Part shown: positions 60,126 through 64,000 of the stretch, piece by piece
Layout of the letters: every line of letters starts with the position of its first letter
How positions within the stretch are numbered: position 1 is the first letter of the stretch
Translations under genes and position numbers: made by a program
Origin: Caldisericia bacterium
GTDB lineage: Bacteria; Caldisericota; Caldisericia; JAAYUI01
DNA: 64,000 bases
Direction: 5' to 3'
Assembly: GCA_963674785.1 (NCBI GenBank)
Contig: OY771555.1
Location: 1,920,001 to 1,984,000, forward strand
Notes under the pieces: model-generated
Database searches by the model: none
What the model was told of the DNA's origin: nothing
What the model saw: the letters and a program-made list of their open reading frames with translations, nothing else

Positions 60126-61301
60126 ATGTCTAAGGGATACATTTTATCAGCAGCAAGAACTCCAATTGGAAAATTCATGGGAAGTTTGTCAGGATTTCCA
60201 GCAACCAAACTTGGAGCTTTTGCAATCAAAGAAGCAGTAAAAAGAGCAGGAATCGACGGATCAGAGGTTAGTGAAGTCATCATGGGCCAGGTTGTGCCAG
60301 CGGGTGCTGGTCAGAACCCAGCAAGACAGGCAACAATTCACTCTGGGCTCCCGGAAACAACTAATTCACTTACAATCAACAAGGTTTGTGGTTCTGGACT
60401 CAAAGCAATTATGCTTGGGTCACAGGCAATCCAACTCGGTGAAGCGGAAGCTGTTGTTGCAGGTGGTATGGAATCAATGACTAATGCACCATATCTTCTT
60501 GAGAATGGTCGATACGGCGGATATCGCTATGGTGATGGCAAACTCGTTGATGGAGTTATAAGAGATGGTCTCTGGTGTGCATTCGAAGGTGTCCATATGG
60601 GTAATCTCGCTGAGTACACCGCCAAAAAAGCAAACATCTCAAGAGAAGATTCTGACGAATACGCATTTAACTCGCAGGAAAAAGCAAAAAAAGCACTTGC
60701 GGAAGGATATTTTGATTGGGAAACATTTGATATTGAAATCCCACAGAGAAAAAAAGATCCAATAATCTTTGCAAAAGATGAAACACCAAGACCAACCGAT
60801 ATGGCGACACTTCAGAAACTCAGACCAGCATTTGATAAAGAAGGTGTAATCACAGCAGGAAATGCACCAGGTCTTTCTGATGGTGGTGCAGCAGTTGTCG
60901 TTGGTTCAGAAAAAATGATGGAAAAACATGGTGCTCTCGCAAAGATTGTTGATTACGCATCAGCTCATCTTGCACCAAAAGATGTTTTCTTCGCTCCAAT
61001 CGAAGCTGTCAAAAAAGTGCTTACAAAAACAGGCATGAATATCAACGACTTTGATGCAATCGAAGCAAACGAAGCATTTGCTGTCCAGTGTCTTGCAGAC
61101 GGAAGAGAACTTGGCTGGGATTGGAACAAGGTAAACATTGCTGGTGGAGCAATCGCTCTTGGTCACCCAATTGGTTGCTCGGGTGCAAGAATCATTGCAA
61201 CACTTATAGGAAATCTCAGAAGAACCGGTGGCAAAAAAGGTCTTGCAACCCTCTGTCTTGGTGGCGGTGGTGCTGTTGCAATGGCAATTGAGCTTGTATA
61301 A
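60126..61301 (+). CDS. thlA: Acetyl-CoA C-acetyltransferase (thiolase)
   Basis: NKVCGSG, GGMESM, NEAFA, GHPIGCSG, CLGGG. Confidence 0.95.
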   Translation: MSKGYILSAARTPIGKFMGSLSGFPATKLGAFAIKEAVKRAGIDGSEVSEVIMGQVVPAGAGQNPARQATIHSGLPETTNSLTINKVCGSGLKAIMLGSQAIQLGEAEAVVAGGMESMTNAPYLLENGRYGGYRYGDGKLVDGVIRDGLWCAFEGVHMGNLAEYTAKKANISREDSDEYAFNSQEKAKKALAEGYFDWETFDIEIPQRKKDPIIFAKDETPRPTDMATLQKLRPAFDKEGVITAGNAPGLSDGGAAVVVGSEKMMEKHGALAKIVDYASAHLAPKDVFFAPIEAVKKVLTKTGMNINDFDAIEANEAFAVQCLADGRELGWDWNKVNIAGGAIALGHPIGCSGARIIATLIGNLRRTGGKKGLATLCLGGGGAVAMAIELV

Positions 61302-61313
61302 GGAGAGAGTATA

Positions 61314-62168
61314 ATGGATATTAAAAAAGTCGGAGTCATCGGTGGTGGCGTAATGGGCAACGGTATTGTCCACGTTTTTGCACAAACCGGATATGAAGTA
61401 ACCATGGTTGAAGTTACCCCAGAACTTTGTGATAAAGCAAAGGCAAAAATCACAAAAAACCTTGGCAGAATGGTTACAAAAGAAAAAATCACACAGGCTG
61501 ATGCAGATGCAACCTTAGCCAGAATCAAACTCACAACAGAGCTTTCAGATCTCGCTGATTGTGGACTTGTTGTTGAAGCAGTTACTGAAAAACGTGAAGT
61601 CAAATACTCAATTTACGAAAAGCTCAACGAAACCCTCTCAGATGAAGCAATCCTTGCAACAAATACATCAACAATCTCAATAACAGAACTTGCAGCAAAA
61701 TACAAAAAACCAGAAAACTTCATCGGCATGCACTTTATGAATCCGGTACCAATCATGAAGCTCATCGAGATCATCCGTGGAATGCTCACATCTGACGAAG
61801 TCTATAATACAATCGATGAAATTTCTAAAAAACTTGGCAAGATTCCAGCAGTTGCAAATGACTTCCCAGGATTTGTCAGCAACCGTCTGCTCATGCCAAT
61901 GCTCAATGAAGCTGTTTATTGCCTCATGGAAGGTGTCGCAACAAAAGAAAACATCGACACAGTCATGAAACTTGGCATGAACCACCCAATGGGACCACTT
62001 GAGCTTGCTGACCTCATCGGACTTGATACCTGCCTTAACATCATGGAAGTTCTTTTCGAAGGACTCGGAGATAGTAAATACAGACCATGCCCACTTCTTA
62101 GAAAAATGGTTGCAGCAGGACTTCTTGGAAGAAAATCAGGAAAAGGATTCTACGACTACACAAAATAA
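61314..62168 (+). CDS. hbd: 3-hydroxybutyryl-CoA dehydrogenase
   Basis: [35 protein letters not shown]. Confidence 0.96.
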   Translation: MDIKKVGVIGGGVMGNGIVHVFAQTGYEVTMVEVTPELCDKAKAKITKNLGRMVTKEKITQADADATLARIKLTTELSDLADCGLVVEAVTEKREVKYSIYEKLNETLSDEAILATNTSTISITELAAKYKKPENFIGMHFMNPVPIMKLIEIIRGMLTSDEVYNTIDEISKKLGKIPAVANDFPGFVSNRLLMPMLNEAVYCLMEGVATKENIDTVMKLGMNHPMGPLELADLIGLDTCLNIMEVLFEGLGDSKYRPCPLLRKMVAAGLLGRKSGKGFYDYTK

Positions 62169-62190
62169 TCCCCGCCTTATTTATAAAAAC

Positions 62191-62221
62191 AAACCCCCGA
62201 TGGAGATCATCGGGGGTTTTT
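62191..62221. terminator. Terminator between convergent genes
   Basis: AAACCCCCGATG-GAGAT-CATCGGGGGTTTTT. Confidence 0.88.
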
Positions 62222-62249
62222 CATTTATCTAAAACAATCTTAGGAAAGA

Positions 62250-62819
62250 TTATATTCCTGAATCTATTCTTTTTTCTAGGAACAGCTCTCCATTGATTTC
62301 TTTGTAAACATGCAAAATCCAACCAAGTGATGCACCCTCAGTCGGGAAACAGAGGAAGAAATCTTGCTTGTCTTCTGTTACAAGTTCCGGTCTTAAGAAA
62401 GGAACACCAAAGGTTTTTTCGGCGGTCTCGATGATATGCTCATCAGTCAAGATTTCATCAGCCCACCCGAGTACATTGATCGACATCATAAGCGGTAAAT
62501 CCTGGGTGATCTCTCCAGTTTTCCACGCAGAGATGTGGTACACCAAAAAACGTCCTTTTTCACCGTAAATATCAAGGTATGGGCTTTCCTCTGAATGTAC
62601 AGGGATTGACACAAGCGCATCTGCTGAATTCAGTTTCATCATCAAGCCAGGGATCAACTCCAAAGTTTTGTTCGGGGCATACAACTTGTAATCATCTGTC
62701 ATTGGGATGTTTGCCCACTTTGAATCCATATCAATTCCAACCTCAAGACTTGTAGTACATCCAGCAAACACAAACAAAATGACCAAAACGAGAATCAGAG
62801 AATAATTTTTTATATTCAT
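62250..62819 (-). CDS. Hypothetical lipoprotein
   Basis: Lipobox FAGC after a hydrophobic stretch. Confidence 0.7.
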   Translation of the reverse strand: MNIKNYSLILVLVILFVFAGCTTSLEVGIDMDSKWANIPMTDDYKLYAPNKTLELIPGLMMKLNSADALVSIPVHSEESPYLDIYGEKGRFLVYHISAWKTGEITQDLPLMMSINVLGWADEILTDEHIIETAEKTFGVPFLRPELVTEDKQDFFLCFPTEGASLGWILHVYKEINGELFLEKRIDSGI

Positions 62820-63364
62820 TGTTTCAAATCAACAATCGCTATCTTCTCTTCAGGGGTCTGTCCAGTGTTAAATATCTCCAGTGTAATTCCGAGCAAGTTT
62901 CCAGGACCATCAATCATTACAAATCCATCAACCTGTTTTTTGATAATTCCTTTTGCAGTTACAAGTGATGTTAGCCCAGTCTTTTTCTCGTATTCAGCCA
63001 TTGCTGAAAATGATCTTGCGGGAAGATAAACATTTCCGTGAACATCAACCAGTTGGTATCGTACATCTTTTAGATTCAAATATGGCGTTTCACCTGGATT
63101 GATATTCACATTGACAATATAGAAGAATCCTTGCTCGGGATAATATGGGGTTCCTGTTGTGTCATCTTCGAGTGTTTGAAAAATGACAGTTTCTCTTGTT
63201 GGTATTTCAACACTCCAAGTACATCCTCGAAGCTCAAACTCCTTCTCAGCAACTTCAAACGTGTGAGTAACAGCACTTTTTTCGGCACCACATGAAACGA
63301 ATGAAACAAACCCAACTAAAAGTATCAAAACAAAGACTATTCCGGTTTTTCTAAATCTTTCCAT
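62816..63364 (-). CDS. Hypothetical lipoprotein (possibly DUF4352-like beta-sandwich)
   Basis: Lipobox FVSC; FYIVNVNIN...YQLVDVHGNVY pattern. Confidence 0.6.
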   Translation of the reverse strand: MERFRKTGIVFVLILLVGFVSFVSCGAEKSAVTHTFEVAEKEFELRGCTWSVEIPTRETVIFQTLEDDTTGTPYYPEQGFFYIVNVNINPGETPYLNLKDVRYQLVDVHGNVYLPARSFSAMAEYEKKTGLTSLVTAKGIIKKQVDGFVMIDGPGNLLGITLEIFNTGQTPEEKIAIVDLKQ

Positions 63365-63654
63365 ATTTCCTCCAGGTTATAATATATTCGTTCTTCTTTT
63401 TCCATCAGATGAACAATTATATCTCCAAAATCGAGAAGCACCCATCTTGACGTAAAATCGCCTTCAACTTTTCGATTTTTAATTTTTAAGTTTTTCGCCG
63501 TTTTAAGCAAGCTTGTAATTATAGCTTTTGTCTGTGGGGACGAAACAACCGTTGCAATCAGAAAACAATCACACATCGGTGATTTTCCCGTCAGATCAAT
63601 TTCGGTAATATCAACAGCTTTAAGCTCCTCAAGTGTTTCCTTGAGCTTGTCCAC
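63337..63654 (-). CDS. rsfS: Ribosome silencing factor
   Basis: KAVDITEID, VEG...WVLLDFGDIIVHL...RIYYNLEEIW. Confidence 0.95.
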   Translation of the reverse strand: MDKLKETLEELKAVDITEIDLTGKSPMCDCFLIATVVSSPQTKAIITSLLKTAKNLKIKNRKVEGDFTSRWVLLDFGDIIVHLMEKEERIYYNLEEIWKDLEKPE

Positions 63655-63696
63655 CTGTTCCCTAATTATTGCTTCCAGAATAATCCTCCTTATTCC

Positions 63697-64000
63697 TTAT
63701 ACGTATAAACCATTCAACCTAGTGTATTCTAGTACAGATAAAGGTGTTAAACAATTACATGTCAAACCTTCATTTAGTCTTTTCCTAACCAAAGTTGAAG
63801 AAATACTGTTTAATGGGTAGTCCAATTTATGCGAATCCGTCTTAACTGGCAAAGTATCTATCGCACCTTTTGCTTCTTTGAAAGAAACATCCCCTCTTTC
63901 GGCAACAATAAATTCAACATTTTCTGCAACCTTTTCAGGGTTTTTCCATTTCGGCAAAGTCACAATTGAATCACTTCCAGTGATATAGAAGAGTTCGTTA
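63697..64000 (-). CDS. nadD: Nicotinate-nucleotide adenylyltransferase (3' part; truncated by the window edge)
   Basis: ELFYITGSDSIVTLPKWKNPE...ISSTLVRKR...LTPLSVLEY...GLY; upstream of rsfS. Confidence 0.9.
   Translation of the reverse strand, partial: NELFYITGSDSIVTLPKWKNPEKVAENVEFIVAERGDVSFKEAKGAIDTLPVKTDSHKLDYPLNSISSTLVRKRLNEGLTCNCLTPLSVLEYTRLNGLYV

Overview
AT-rich bacterial chromosomal window, probably from an anaerobic, amino-acid-fermenting lineage. The many secreted beta-propeller/Ig proteins ending in a copper-amine-oxidase-N-terminal-like (stalk) domain suggest Caldisericota, but that is inference only. Core content: a ~13 kb minus-strand block (7 tRNAs, GNAT, tig-clpP-clpX-lon-rimO-thpR-recA-recX-rny-ymdB), rplU fused in an operon with a probable arginine synthetase and OTC, MATE, hypAB, a Na+/solute symporter with its small accessory protein, tRNA-Leu, eno, rpsF-ssb-rpsR-rplI, tatAC, mtnP, P5C dehydrogenase, a System I* ccm operon, thiolase-hbd, rsfS and partial nadD. 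Most notable: (1) a tandem array of four secreted paralogs (32.6-43.4 kb) with five copies of an unrecognised ~250-aa Cys-containing domain that has a variable CxxC/CxC segment, plus DNA-level mosaicism between two paralogs; (2) the rplU-arcE-like-argF operon; (3) repeated promoters placed for leaderless mRNAs, and genes abutting tRNA 3' ends; (4) a decayed islet with an SRAP pseudogene and a frameshifted NucS-like nuclease. No CRISPR array, rRNA, integrase, transposase or reverse transcriptase was seen. Family assignments come from motif recognition by eye, not from database searches.
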